Source: Vicinamibacterales bacterium
GTDB taxonomy: Bacteria; Acidobacteriota; Vicinamibacteria; Vicinamibacterales; SCN-69-37
Reading direction: 5' to 3'
Length of the DNA: 64,000 nt
Assembly (NCBI GenBank): GCA_035550595.1
Contig: DASZOV010000053.1
Coordinates: 3,607 to 67,606, forward strand
Shown here: positions 1-8,523 of the stretch, in pieces
Position numbering within the stretch: the stretch's first letter is position 1
Layout: every line of letters begins with the position of its first letter
The notes under the pieces: generated by a model
The model's input: the letters and a program-made list of their open reading frames with translations, nothing else
The model's database searches: none
Told to the model about the DNA's origin: nothing
Position numbers and translations under genes: made by a program

Positions 1-66
1 GACCACACCATCGTGCGGGAAGGATCCGTGCTGGGCGAGTGGCTCGCGCCGTCGGTCACCGACTGA
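1..66 (+). CDS. C-terminal fragment of a CDS starting upstream of the window (product not assignable)
   Basis: Frame 1 is open from the window edge to TGA 64-66, with G/C-rich third positions. Only 21 codons are visible. Confidence 0.3.
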   Translation, partial: DHTIVREGSVLGEWLAPSVTD

Positions 67-81
67 CGCGGCGGCCGCCGC

Positions 82-519
82 TTACTGGGCGGCGGCGCCG
101 GCGGGCGCGCAGTACTTGTCGAACGCCATCGTGAGCAGATCGGCGATCGACTCGGCTGACCGCGACTCGATGTCGCGCCGCTCCACCATGTAGAGCAGCT
201 TGCCGTCGCGCAGGAGCGCGATCGACGGCGACGAGGGCGGGAAGCCGGTGAAGAACGAACGGGCGTGCTCGGTCGCCTCGATGTCGGCGCCGGCGAACAC
301 GGTGGCGACCGTGTCGGGCTTGGCAGGATGCTCGAGCGCGAGCGCGATGCCCGGCCGCGCCTTGCCGGCCGCGCACCCGCAGACGGAATTGACGACCATC
401 ATCACGACGCCCGGCGTCTTCAGCGCCGCGTCGACCTCGGCCGGCGTACGGCACTCGCGCGCGCCGACGTCCACGAGTTCCTGGCGCATCGGTGCAATGA
501 GATATTCCGGATACGGCAT
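82..519 (-). CDS. bacilliredoxin-like thiol-disulfide oxidoreductase (BrxB/YphP, DUF1094-type)
   Basis: ORF 82..591. The internal Met (MPYPEYLIAPMRQEL) gives the usual ~145 aa. It carries the redox motif NSVCGCAAG and is collinear with YphP/YqiW proteins as I recall them. Confidence 0.75.
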   Translation of the reverse strand: MPYPEYLIAPMRQELVDVGARECRTPAEVDAALKTPGVVMMVVNSVCGCAAGKARPGIALALEHPAKPDTVATVFAGADIEATEHARSFFTGFPPSSPSIALLRDGKLLYMVERRDIESRSAESIADLLTMAFDKYCAPAGAAAQ

Positions 520-600
520 CAGAGTCCTCCAGAAGCCCGGAACCGTACGCACACGCTGACCAGCCGGCCCGGGCGACGAACCTTCAATCATTCATATTAC

Positions 601-1194
601 ATGGTCCTCTCACGTCGGATGTTGCTGGCGATCATGGCCGGGCTCACGGCCGGACGGTCTCTTGGTGCGGCGAGCGGACAGACCGGGCTCGAAGGCTTCA
701 CGCTCGCCGGACCGCCGTGTACGCCGGACGAACGTGCGACACCGGCGGTCCCCGCCGACACGTCCTACCGGCCCGGCGCGCCGGAACGGTCGTCGTTCGT
801 CGAACGTGGCGTCGTCGGGACGCCGCTCACGTTGTCGGGAACGGTGACGGGGCTCACGTGTGGACGTGTGAGGGGGGCGCTCGTCGAGGTGTGGCAGGCC
901 GACGCGCGCGGCGTCTACGACCAGTCCGGATTCCGCTTGCGCGGTGCGCAGCCGACCGACGCGAACGGCGCATTCCGCTTCGAGACGATCCTCCCCGGCG
1001 CCGCAGCAGGCCGCGCACCCCACATCGGCGTCCACGTCGCGGTAGCAGGGAAGCCGGACTTCTGGACGGAACTCTTCTTCCCGAACGATCCCCGAAACGC
1101 AAAGGACGCGCGCTTCAACCCAAGACTCGTGCTGACGATGGGCGGAACGGAGACACACCGAACGGGAATGTTCGATCTCGTGCTGGCGATGTGA
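601..1194 (+). CDS. secreted intradiol-dioxygenase-like protein
   Basis: In-frame ATG 601 of ORF 265..1194. Signal-like N-terminus MVLSRRMLLAIMAGLTAGRSLGAASG. VEVWQADARGVY, FRFETILPG and APHIGVHV resemble the intradiol dioxygenase core. Confidence 0.55.
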   Translation: MVLSRRMLLAIMAGLTAGRSLGAASGQTGLEGFTLAGPPCTPDERATPAVPADTSYRPGAPERSSFVERGVVGTPLTLSGTVTGLTCGRVRGALVEVWQADARGVYDQSGFRLRGAQPTDANGAFRFETILPGAAAGRAPHIGVHVAVAGKPDFWTELFFPNDPRNAKDARFNPRLVLTMGGTETHRTGMFDLVLAM

Positions 1195-1236
1195 GCGACG
1201 CGATTCCAGATTCTGGTCCACGCCGTCTTTTTTTCC

Positions 1237-1273
1237 CTTCGCGCCTTCGCGTCTTCGCGCGAGGCCCTTCGCG
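1237..1273. repeat. four CTTCGCG heptamers (three in 8-bp tandem)
   Basis: CTTCGCG at 1237, 1245, 1253 and 1267. This is the reverse complement of the CGCGAAG array at 1676-1807. Confidence 0.9.
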
Positions 1274-1276
1274 GCT

Positions 1277-1570
1277 CTATGGCGCGCTGTGCGACCGCGT
1301 GTGAAAGCCGGCCTGTTCGAGCTGTTCGCGGAGCGTCTCGAAGAGGCGCTGACTTTCGGTGTCCTGGACGTCCCGCTGCAGCAGGCGCTCGACGTTGTAC
1401 ATGCGGAAGCGGATGGCTTCCATGTGAAAGGCCGCCACGGCGCGACGCAGCGCGCCGGCTTCCTCGACGACGCGATTGCGCGCCTGGCCGGCGGGCAGCG
1501 TATCGAGGTGCGGCAGCAGGGCATCCAGCGTGGCGAGCGCGGGTGCGGTGCGGTCGGACATGACGGTCAA
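1277..1570 (-). CDS. hypothetical small helical protein (97 aa)
   Basis: ORF 1277..1570 with protein-like composition (LLPHLDTLPAGQARNRVVEEAGALRRAVAAFHMEAIRFRMYNVERLL). Divergent from the permease gene. No family recognised. Confidence 0.45.
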   Translation of the reverse strand: MTVMSDRTAPALATLDALLPHLDTLPAGQARNRVVEEAGALRRAVAAFHMEAIRFRMYNVERLLQRDVQDTESQRLFETLREQLEQAGFHTRSHSAP

Positions 1571-1675
1571 CTCCTTCGAAGGCGCGCGACGGTTATGGGC
1601 CGCGCGAAGTCAGACGTCAGAAAGGCGCCTTCGGCTCCAAGAGGATAGCGCAGGGCGGGGCGCGCGGACAGCTCG

Positions 1676-1807
1676 CGCGAAGGTTCGGAGGCCTCGCGCG
1701 AAGGCGCGAAGACGCGAAGGTAGGAGTGGGGCTTCGCGCGAAGACGGAAGCTTGCCCGCGGAAGCGCGGAGCGCGAAGGCGGGAAGGCTCGGAGAGTTTG
1801 CGCGAAG
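1676..1807. repeat. seven CGCGAAG heptamers in the divergent promoter region
   Basis: CGCGAAG at 1676, 1697, 1705, 1713, 1737, 1772 and 1801. Includes the perfect palindrome CTTCGCGCGAAG at 1732-1743. Confidence 0.9.
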
Positions 1808-1848
1808 GGTTCGTGCGGAGGCGTAGACTCCCGTCGAGGGCACCCGGC

Positions 1849-4290
1849 ATGGATGTGTTCCGCGACGCTCGTCTCGTCGTCCGACGTCTGCTGAAGTCGC
1901 CCGGATACGTCGTCGCGTCGACGATGACGCTTGCGCTCGCCATCGGCGCGAATACCGCCATCTTCAGCGCGGTGTACAGCGTGTTGCTCGCGCCGCTGCC
2001 TATTCGGAATCCCACCCGGCTGGTCATTGCGTGGAAGACGGAACCGACCCGCAATCTCGCCGTCGTTGAAGCGACGTTTCGCGACTACGAACGTTGGCGT
2101 GCCGCGAGTCAGAGTTTCGTTCAGGTGGCGGCGATGGGCTCGTCGTCGTGGCCAGCCGTTCTCGAAGACGATGCGGGGGCGACCACGCTGGCGTCAGTAG
2201 GGGTGACGGCGACCTTCTTCGACACGCTCGGCGCACGGCCGATTCTCGGCCGCGCACTCCAGCCAGAGGACGACCAGCCAGCCGCTCGACCCGTTGCGGT
2301 ACTGAGTCATGACTTCTGGGCACGTCACTTCGGCGCCGATCCGTCGGTTGTCGGCACGCCGCTCCGGCTCGCCTCTGGTCCAATGGAAATCGTCGGCGTC
2401 ATGCCGCCCGATTTTGACTTTCCACGTGGCACGTCGTTCTGGACGTCGGTCGTGCCTGTTCTCGCGGGCTCCGGGAAATCGTGGGGGACTGATGCCTTCG
2501 AGAAGGTCGGTGTGCTTTTCGTGTTGGGGCGCTTACGCGACGGCATCACGCTCGAGTCCGCGACACGCGAGCTGGACGCGATCGCGCGGCATGCCCCCGA
2601 CACCTTGCCGAGGCCGGCCGCGGTGCCCGCGGTCACGGTGACGGCGTTTCCGGACTACGTCCTCGGTCCTGTACGGTCCGCGCTCTGGTGGCTGCTCGCG
2701 GCTGTTGCGGTCCTTCTGCTCGTGGCGTGCGCCAACGTCTCGGGCCTCATGCTGACCCGTGCGAGCCTGCAACGGCGCGAGCAGGCGATCCGTTTGACGC
2801 TCGGTGCGACGACCGTCGAGATCGCCCGTGCGTGGGTGCTCGAAAGTTCGATACTGGCACTGGTCGGTGGGGTACTCGGGCTCGCCGCGTCCCGGTGGAT
2901 GCTCTCGATGATGGCTGCGCTCGCGCCGACAGATATTCCACATCTGGCAGATATCACCCTCAACGTTCCCGTGGCGTTGTTCACGCTGGCCATTGTCGGA
3001 CTCACGGCCCTGCTGTGTGGTTTCGGTCCAATCGTTCAGCTTCGGACCGGCGGCTTACTGACGGTTCTGAACGAGGCCGCGCGCGGCTCGACTGGCCGGC
3101 AGTCCGTGCGCATCCGATCAGTGCTGGCGACGCTGCAGATCGCGCTCGCCGTGGTCCTGTTGATTTCAGCCGGGTTGATCGTGCGGAGTGTGACGGCGCT
3201 GCACCGATTGAATCTCGGCTTCAATCCGTCGGGCGTCGTGACGATGGCCATTCAGCCGCGCATCAACCAGCCATCGCCGAATGAGGCGATTCACGGCCTG
3301 CTCGAGCGCATCGAGCAGTTGCCGCACGTGCAGGACGCCGGCGCAATCTTTCTGCGGCCGTTGGCGCTCGGCGCGATAGGCCAAGAGACGACGGTCGTGC
3401 TCGACGGGCAAGTGGACACGCCGGCCACGCGAGCTGGCAATCCCGTCTTGAACTACCAAGTGGCCACGCCGGGATACTTCCGCGCGATGCGTGTGCCCCT
3501 GGTGCGCGGCCGATGGTTCGACGATCATGACGACGCGCACTCGACGCGCGTCGCGATCCTCGGTGAGACCGCCGCCGCGCGCCTTTTCCCCGGACAAGAT
3601 CCGATCGGCCGAAAGCTGGCTATGCCATCGTTCGTCCCTCGAGACGACAGCATGGTGTGGCGCACGGTCGTCGGCGTCGTCAATGACATCCGGTATCGCG
3701 GGCTCGATGACGTCCGTCTCGACGTCTATGACGCCGCGCGTCAGGCCGTGCAGACGGCCGGCTACGTCGTCGTCAGGACCGACGGGGATCCGATGACGAC
3801 GGCGATGACCGTCGAAGGAGAGGCGCGTCAAGACGTCCGTGCGGTCGTCGACGACGTGACGACGATGGACGCGGTCGTGGCACGAGCCGTGGCGCCGTGG
3901 CGCTTCAGCATGTGGACCTTCTCGCTCTTCGCCGTGATGGCGTTCGCGCTGGCCACCGTCGGACTCGTCGGCGTCGTGAGTCTCGACGTCGCACACCGGT
4001 CGCACGAGTTCGCGGTGCGGCTCGCCGTTGGTGCCGATCGCGCGGCCATCCTCGCGCGTGTCATGCGTTCCATCGGCTCGCGTCTGTTGGTGGGCGTCAG
4101 TCTCGGCCTGTTCGTCGCCATCGCGTCGAGCCGTACGCTCGGCGGCCTGCTCTTCGGCGTCAGTCCCATCGATGCCACGACCTACGGAACGGTCATCGTC
4201 CTCGTGATGATCGTGGTAGTAGCCGCGTCGTACGCGCCGGCACGACGAGCGGCCAGCACCGACCCGGCGGTGCTGTTCAGGACGGAATAG
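1849..4290 (+). CDS. ABC-transporter permease, duplicated FtsX/MacB-like (ADOP family)
   Basis: ORF 1726..4290. ATG 1849 gives the canonical N-terminus MDVFRDARLVVRRLLKSPGYVVASTMTLALAIGANTAIFS. Two FtsX-type 4-TM modules are each preceded by a MacB-like periplasmic domain. ~813 aa. Confidence 0.85.
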   Translation: MDVFRDARLVVRRLLKSPGYVVASTMTLALAIGANTAIFSAVYSVLLAPLPIRNPTRLVIAWKTEPTRNLAVVEATFRDYERWRAASQSFVQVAAMGSSSWPAVLEDDAGATTLASVGVTATFFDTLGARPILGRALQPEDDQPAARPVAVLSHDFWARHFGADPSVVGTPLRLASGPMEIVGVMPPDFDFPRGTSFWTSVVPVLAGSGKSWGTDAFEKVGVLFVLGRLRDGITLESATRELDAIARHAPDTLPRPAAVPAVTVTAFPDYVLGPVRSALWWLLAAVAVLLLVACANVSGLMLTRASLQRREQAIRLTLGATTVEIARAWVLESSILALVGGVLGLAASRWMLSMMAALAPTDIPHLADITLNVPVALFTLAIVGLTALLCGFGPIVQLRTGGLLTVLNEAARGSTGRQSVRIRSVLATLQIALAVVLLISAGLIVRSVTALHRLNLGFNPSGVVTMAIQPRINQPSPNEAIHGLLERIEQLPHVQDAGAIFLRPLALGAIGQETTVVLDGQVDTPATRAGNPVLNYQVATPGYFRAMRVPLVRGRWFDDHDDAHSTRVAILGETAAARLFPGQDPIGRKLAMPSFVPRDDSMVWRTVVGVVNDIRYRGLDDVRLDVYDAARQAVQTAGYVVVRTDGDPMTTAMTVEGEARQDVRAVVDDVTTMDAVVARAVAPWRFSMWTFSLFAVMAFALATVGLVGVVSLDVAHRSHEFAVRLAVGADRAAILARVMRSIGSRLLVGVSLGLFVAIASSRTLGGLLFGVSPIDATTYGTVIVLVMIVVVAASYAPARRAASTDPAVLFRTE

Positions 4291-4388
4291 ATAAAGGGGA
4301 GCGGAGGCGCGCGAGTAGTCCCGGTTCTGTGCGCGAGGCACTATCGGACGATGGTCGGTCTGCCGCGCACCATGTCACAATTGCGTCC

Positions 4389-5066
4389 ATGGTCCCTGAG
4401 GGTCGGCTTCCAGACTGGGAGCGTTTGCTCGCCGCCGAGCGGCACCTTCAGCATCTCGTGCCGGGCAGCGTCCTGGTTGGTGGCACCGCGGCGGCGCTGC
4501 ATGTCGGTCATCGCGTCAGCCTCGATGGCGACCACGTACTGGAAGACTTGCGGGTGCGTTTCGACGACGTGCTGGCGTCGCTCGAGTCGGCGGCGGGCTG
4601 GCGGACTGAGCGAATCCGGCGACCCGTATTGATTCTGGGGCAGCTCGACGGCGTGCTCACCGGTATCCGTCAGCTCCGACGGACGCGACCGCTCGAGACC
4701 GAGGAGCGGAGTGGGCTTCGGGTCCCCACGCTCGCTGAAATGGCTCGCATCAAGGCATGGCTGCTGGCGACGCGCCGTACGGTGCGCGACTATCTCGATA
4801 CGGTCGTGCTCTTCGAGCGCCTCGGTCGTGACGGCGTCGTCGAGGCGCTGCGTTCGTTCGACGCCATTTATCGTCAGGATGCGGACGTCTCGCCGTTGGC
4901 CGAGGTCGCCGACTGTCTGGCGGCGGCTGCTCCGACGGACATCGCCGAGATTGATCTCGGGCAGTACCGTGGGCTTCAGCCCCCATGGAACACCTGGTCA
5001 CACGTCGCGGCGCGCGGACGTTTCTGGGCACCGATCGTCGCCACGTCGGCACTCGACGCCTCATGA
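4389..5066 (+). CDS. nucleotidyltransferase AbiEii/AbiGii-toxin-like protein
   Basis: In-frame ATG 4389 of ORF 3897..5066 (the upstream part overlaps the permease). VLVGGTAAALHVGHRVSLDGDHV matches the GGTAL..R.S.D.D nucleotidyltransferase motif of DUF1814/AbiEii. Confidence 0.5.
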   Translation: MVPEGRLPDWERLLAAERHLQHLVPGSVLVGGTAAALHVGHRVSLDGDHVLEDLRVRFDDVLASLESAAGWRTERIRRPVLILGQLDGVLTGIRQLRRTRPLETEERSGLRVPTLAEMARIKAWLLATRRTVRDYLDTVVLFERLGRDGVVEALRSFDAIYRQDADVSPLAEVADCLAAAAPTDIAEIDLGQYRGLQPPWNTWSHVAARGRFWAPIVATSALDAS

Positions 5067-5353
5067 TCCCCGCCCCTTTCGCCTCATCGCGTGCATTCTG
5101 GAATCGGACGGAACCGTCGATCGAGAGTGATGAAGCGCTTGCGCAGCTGCTCGATCGCGGAGAGATGACGGCATGGCGCGCGCTCTATCGCCTCGCGCAG
5201 GCCGATCCCGTTCTACGAGCGCGCATCAAGCGCGTCGTGCGCACCGTGCCCGTGCCGCTGCCGCGGTTTTGGCTGGCGGCACTCGCGGCGCTCGGCGAGT
5301 CGGTCGACTTCGATGCGCCAGTTCCGGACTATTACGAGCAGTCGTCGATCTAG
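5063..5353 (+). CDS. hypothetical protein (96 aa), translationally coupled to the AbiEii-like gene
   Basis: ATGA start/stop overlap at 5063-5066. In-frame part of ORF 4985..5353. Confidence 0.45.
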   Translation: MIPAPFASSRAFWNRTEPSIESDEALAQLLDRGEMTAWRALYRLAQADPVLRARIKRVVRTVPVPLPRFWLAALAALGESVDFDAPVPDYYEQSSI

Positions 5354-5383
5354 AAGGGGACGACCGGCCCGTCATCGGGACAC

Positions 5384-6226
5384 CTACTGCCGTTCGAATT
5401 CCGCCAGAGTTCTCATCGACGTTGGGTGACCGACGAGGACCGGGAACGGCGCGTACATGGCGGGACGGAACACCGCAGCGGGATCCGACGGGACGTCGTC
5501 AAAGGCGCGGCCGGGGTCTCGCACGAAGAACGCATTGACGCCGCAGTAGGAGCAGCACACCAGTCGGTACCCATGCTGCACGAACAAGTCGTGCCACTGC
5601 ATGATCGACGCGCCGAAGAAGTCATCGCCAGTCCACACCATCGTCGGTTCGTAAGGAAGGGTGAATCGGATCGGCGGAATGAGCTTCGCGTTGTACTCGA
5701 CGACGAACACGCGTGGCTGGATGTGTGCGAGCAGGGCCCGTCCAATCCAATAGTCGTTGCCGTCGATGTCGAGCGAGCAGACGTCGCAGGTGTCGGCGGG
5801 GAGAAGATTCGCCAGATTGTCGAGCGTCACGAAGGCCTGCGTGAACGTCAGGCGACGACCTGATGGACTCCACGCCAGCGGTTGCGCACCAACCCAGTGG
5901 CCGCGCCATCCGGCGGCGAGAAGCGCCAGTGTGTTGTTCTCCGTGCCGTCACCGACGCCGATCTCGAGAAACCGCCCCGAACCGAGACCAAGGCGTCGCA
6001 GGATTTCGAACAGAATCCCATCTTCATCGAACTGCGAATACGTCTTGTTACCGCAGCGCAGGAGCGGGTTCGGGTCGTTGGCGATGTCGCGCTTCCACGC
6101 GGACACGACCTCGAAATCGCTACGGTACTTCGTGGCCGCAAGCACGCCGGAGTCGACAAGTGCGCGCGTGACGGCGTCGGCGACGGATTGGGCGCGGCTT
6201 TCGTTCGATGCGGATGAATCGCTCAT
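5384..6226 (-). CDS. FkbM-like SAM-dependent methyltransferase
   Basis: YSQFDEDGILFEIL followed by the FLEIGVGDGTENNT glycine-rich SAM loop. 280 aa. Confidence 0.6.
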   Translation of the reverse strand: MSDSSASNESRAQSVADAVTRALVDSGVLAATKYRSDFEVVSAWKRDIANDPNPLLRCGNKTYSQFDEDGILFEILRRLGLGSGRFLEIGVGDGTENNTLALLAAGWRGHWVGAQPLAWSPSGRRLTFTQAFVTLDNLANLLPADTCDVCSLDIDGNDYWIGRALLAHIQPRVFVVEYNAKLIPPIRFTLPYEPTMVWTGDDFFGASIMQWHDLFVQHGYRLVCCSYCGVNAFFVRDPGRAFDDVPSDPAAVFRPAMYAPFPVLVGHPTSMRTLAEFERQ

Positions 6227-6313
6227 GGCAGGCCATCGTGTGCCAGGCGTGTCGTGGTGGTCAAACGAACTCGGGCAGGAAGGCGCGTGCCGCGTGCGGT
6301 CCGCCGGTCCTCG

Positions 6314-6619
6314 TCAGAGCCCAAGTACGCCAGCGATCGTCAGCAGGGCGCCGCAGCTTGTCAGAAAGACCGTTGCCAAGGCCAGAGTCGCCATGCCCAG
6401 CCAGTAATTCCACGGGTTCGTATCTCGATGCCAGCGCCGGCCGCGTCCAAACGGAGGGCGCTGAAAGACGCTTCGGCCGCGGTAGCTGCGCACCCAGACG
6501 TCGCCGAAGTACACACCTGCCGCCAGGGCGAGGAGTCCCTCGAGGATCAGGCGGTGGCGCATCGAGGCGTCGTTGTTCATTCGATTGAAGGCTGGCGTCC
6601 CCATTACGGCGTAGCCCAT
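6314..6619 (-). CDS. hypothetical small membrane protein (start region overlaps the left island repeat)
   Basis: ORF 6314..6619 with two hydrophobic segments (LILEGLLALAAGVYF, WLGMATLALATVFLTSCGALLTIAGVLGL). No homology recognised. Confidence 0.3.
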   Translation of the reverse strand: MGYAVMGTPAFNRMNNDASMRHRLILEGLLALAAGVYFGDVWVRSYRGRSVFQRPPFGRGRRWHRDTNPWNYWLGMATLALATVFLTSCGALLTIAGVLGL

Positions 6620-6651
6620 TGCCCGCGAGCGCGGAACGGGTGGCGTCCCCA
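6587..6651. repeat. left composite direct repeat (2 x TGGCGTCCCCA)
   Basis: 11-mers at 6593-6603 and 6641-6651. The unit aligns with 20302-20378. Confidence 0.9.
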
Positions 6652-6723
6652 GAGCGGCGGTATCCCTTCCGCGTGGACGGCCGCGTAGCGTAGCGCGGCG
6701 GCCGCGCGTTCCGCCGGGCCGGG

Positions 6724-6740
6724 CTTACCGGGCGGCCCGG
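6724..6740. repeat. YTACCGGGCGG-type motif copy (CTTACCGGGCGGCCCGG)
   Basis: Shares the 13-mer TTACCGGGCGGCC with 17252-17264. It is a near-copy of 15081-15095. Confidence 0.8.
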
Positions 6741-6918
6741 TCGGCGCGAGCCGCCTGCGGCTCCCTGCCCGGGCATGTCGCTCAGGATTTAGGTCTGCTA
6801 GACTGCTCCCGCTGGTTCGGCATCCCGCCGGGCCGGTGCGTTCTGGGCTGATCCTCAGAACGGTTCCTCTGCTCCTGACGGGGCGCATGGCCTGACGGCC
6901 AGAAAGGCGGAAGCCGCA

Positions 6919-7419
6919 ATGTCGCACGACTCTGCAATTGCACATCCCGGACTCACGGAACTGCTCGCAAAGGCGAAGCAGCTCAATCAAGCGTCAGATC
7001 ACGTCAACGCGATCCTCAAGGATCTCGAAGCGAAGCTGAGCGCCGCGAACATCGGCCTCACGTTTTGGTTTGAGAGCAAGCCGCTCTATCAGTCTGATTC
7101 ACGCGGTGACTTGAGCCCGTCGTCCACGTACGAAGACGTGGCCGAGGTGCTTGGCTACGCGAGAATCGACGGCAAGTGGAATCTTGCCGTCAAGAAGCTG
7201 CGAACCGTTCACGGCTTCTACGAGGGCCAGATGGACTGCCCTTGGGCGAACACCTTCGCAGATGGTGATCCGATGTCGCTCCTGAAAGCTCCGCGCGAGA
7301 CGAGACTTGCCGCGGTGCGGATCATCGACGAGTTCATCGCCGCGTTCACGGCGATGGTCAACCAGACTGTCGGCGAACTGGAAGCCGCTTCCGGAGAGAT
7401 CTTCTTCGGTAAGCAGTAA
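6919..7419 (+). CDS. hypothetical protein (166 aa), distant paralogue of 8524..9072
   Basis: ORF in the lower-GC region. Collinear weak similarity to 8524..9072, for example SLLKAPRETRLAAVRIIDEFIAAF versus PLLETPVDVRLRAHKQLGELIRVV. Confidence 0.6.
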   Translation: MSHDSAIAHPGLTELLAKAKQLNQASDHVNAILKDLEAKLSAANIGLTFWFESKPLYQSDSRGDLSPSSTYEDVAEVLGYARIDGKWNLAVKKLRTVHGFYEGQMDCPWANTFADGDPMSLLKAPRETRLAAVRIIDEFIAAFTAMVNQTVGELEAASGEIFFGKQ

Positions 7420-7428
7420 AACGGGACA

Positions 7429-7464
7429 GAGGCCGGGCCAGCGACGACCGCTGTGCCCGGCCTC
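7429..7464. terminator. bidirectional hairpin between convergent genes
   Basis: GAGGCCGGGCCAGCG-ACGAC-CGCTGTGCCCGGCCTC forms a ~15-bp stem with one bulge. On the minus strand it is followed by a TTTT-containing tail. Confidence 0.5.
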
Positions 7465-7557
7465 AGCGACGTGATTTGAGCGGCGCGTCATTGACACCCA
7501 CAGGGCCGATCATCGAGGGATGACCGGCCCTCCGCTATCTGTTGGATCGCAGCGGTG

Positions 7558-7776
7558 CTAGCGACGCGACGGCTGCGCCTCCATGTGTAGGCGAATGTCG
7601 GCGACGGTGGCTTGCGCGAACTCTGCCGGAACCTCAAGAAGTTCCGCATTGAGTACGACAGCATTCTTCAGTTCGCGACCATCCGCCATCGTTACGTCCA
7701 CACGCTGGTAGCCCATTCCGTTCTCAGGCCACTTCACCAGTTGGTCGATCCACCGCTTGTCGAGCTTGATTCGCAC
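7558..7776 (-). CDS. small protein (72 aa) sharing the GMGYQ N-terminal module with the upstream toxin-like gene
   Basis: GTG 7776 lies 1 nt after the TAG of 7778..8440. VKWPENGMGYQRVDV..AVVLNAELLEV parallels VRQPESGMGYQVVDA..GIVYNAELLTL. Confidence 0.5.
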   Translation of the reverse strand: MRIKLDKRWIDQLVKWPENGMGYQRVDVTMADGRELKNAVVLNAELLEVPAEFAQATVADIRLHMEAQPSRR

Positions 7777-7777
7777 G

Positions 7778-8440
7778 CTACTCGTCCGGCAACTTCGTCG
7801 GTGGCTTCGCAACCGTATTCTTGGTTGTGCCGTCCGTGAAAATCACCTCGACGCCTCCACCTTGATGGCCATTGGCCGGTTGAACGATGCCCTTCTTGAT
7901 GTTCGTGTCCTTGAGTGGCTTGATCGTAAAACGATACGAGGCCGGCTCTTCGTTCGGCAGCGCATAGCGTTCGACCGCCTCTTTGCCGGTCTTCACCTTG
8001 TTGCCGTCTTCTTCGGTTGTCGCATACGTGCCCGGCTCCAGTCCGTTGTCGGCCGTGATGCGGCGATCGTTCTCGAAGGCTGAGAATCGGTAGAACTTCT
8101 CACCCTCTTTCGTCTTCTCGGTCTCCGCTTCACTCGCTCCGCCACTGGCCTTCGCCTCCCTCTTGGAAAGCACCGTGGTTCGTGAGTCCCGCACGACCGT
8201 CAGCGACTTGATTCTGCCAATGGCACTCTCGGCTGTCCGAAGTGCCTCGGAAGCCGACTTGGTCAGCATGATCACTCGGTCGCCATGGCGATCCTCATCG
8301 AGTGTCAGCAACTCGGCGTTGTAGACGATTCCGCGTTTGGTCTTGTTGTCGGTCGTTGCAGCGTCAACGACCTGATACCCCATGCCGGACTCGGGCTGGC
8401 GGACTAGCGAGCGGGTCTGTTCCTGGCTCAATCGATACAT
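7778..8440 (-). CDS. two-domain protein: GMGYQ N-terminal module plus a TNT/DUF4237-like putative NAD+ glycohydrolase C-terminus
   Basis: 220-aa ORF. C-terminus YRFSAFEN..GLEPGTYATT..ERYALPNEEPASYRFTIKPLKDTNIKKGIVQPANGHQGGGVEVIF follows the recalled TNT pattern R.G..G.F..RALP..Y..Y.V.KPL..G.I.P..Q.GGG.Q/E. Confidence 0.6.
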   Translation of the reverse strand: MYRLSQEQTRSLVRQPESGMGYQVVDAATTDNKTKRGIVYNAELLTLDEDRHGDRVIMLTKSASEALRTAESAIGRIKSLTVVRDSRTTVLSKREAKASGGASEAETEKTKEGEKFYRFSAFENDRRITADNGLEPGTYATTEEDGNKVKTGKEAVERYALPNEEPASYRFTIKPLKDTNIKKGIVQPANGHQGGGVEVIFTDGTTKNTVAKPPTKLPDE

Positions 8441-8523
8441 GGTGACTCCGCGAAAATTGATCTGGCGCGACGAGCGAACTTGGATGGCGGCAGTCCCGTC
8501 GAGGAACCGCCGCCATCGTCCTG

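Noticed and set aside
1726-1848. Upstream start for the permease (854-aa version) and ATG 10416 for the second XRE gene
   Set aside because: The extra permease codons translate the CGCGAAG repeat region (Arg-rich), while MDVFRDARLVV.. is the canonical family N-terminus. ATG 10416 lies inside the 20-bp terminator stem, so GTG 10467 with GGAG upstream is preferred.
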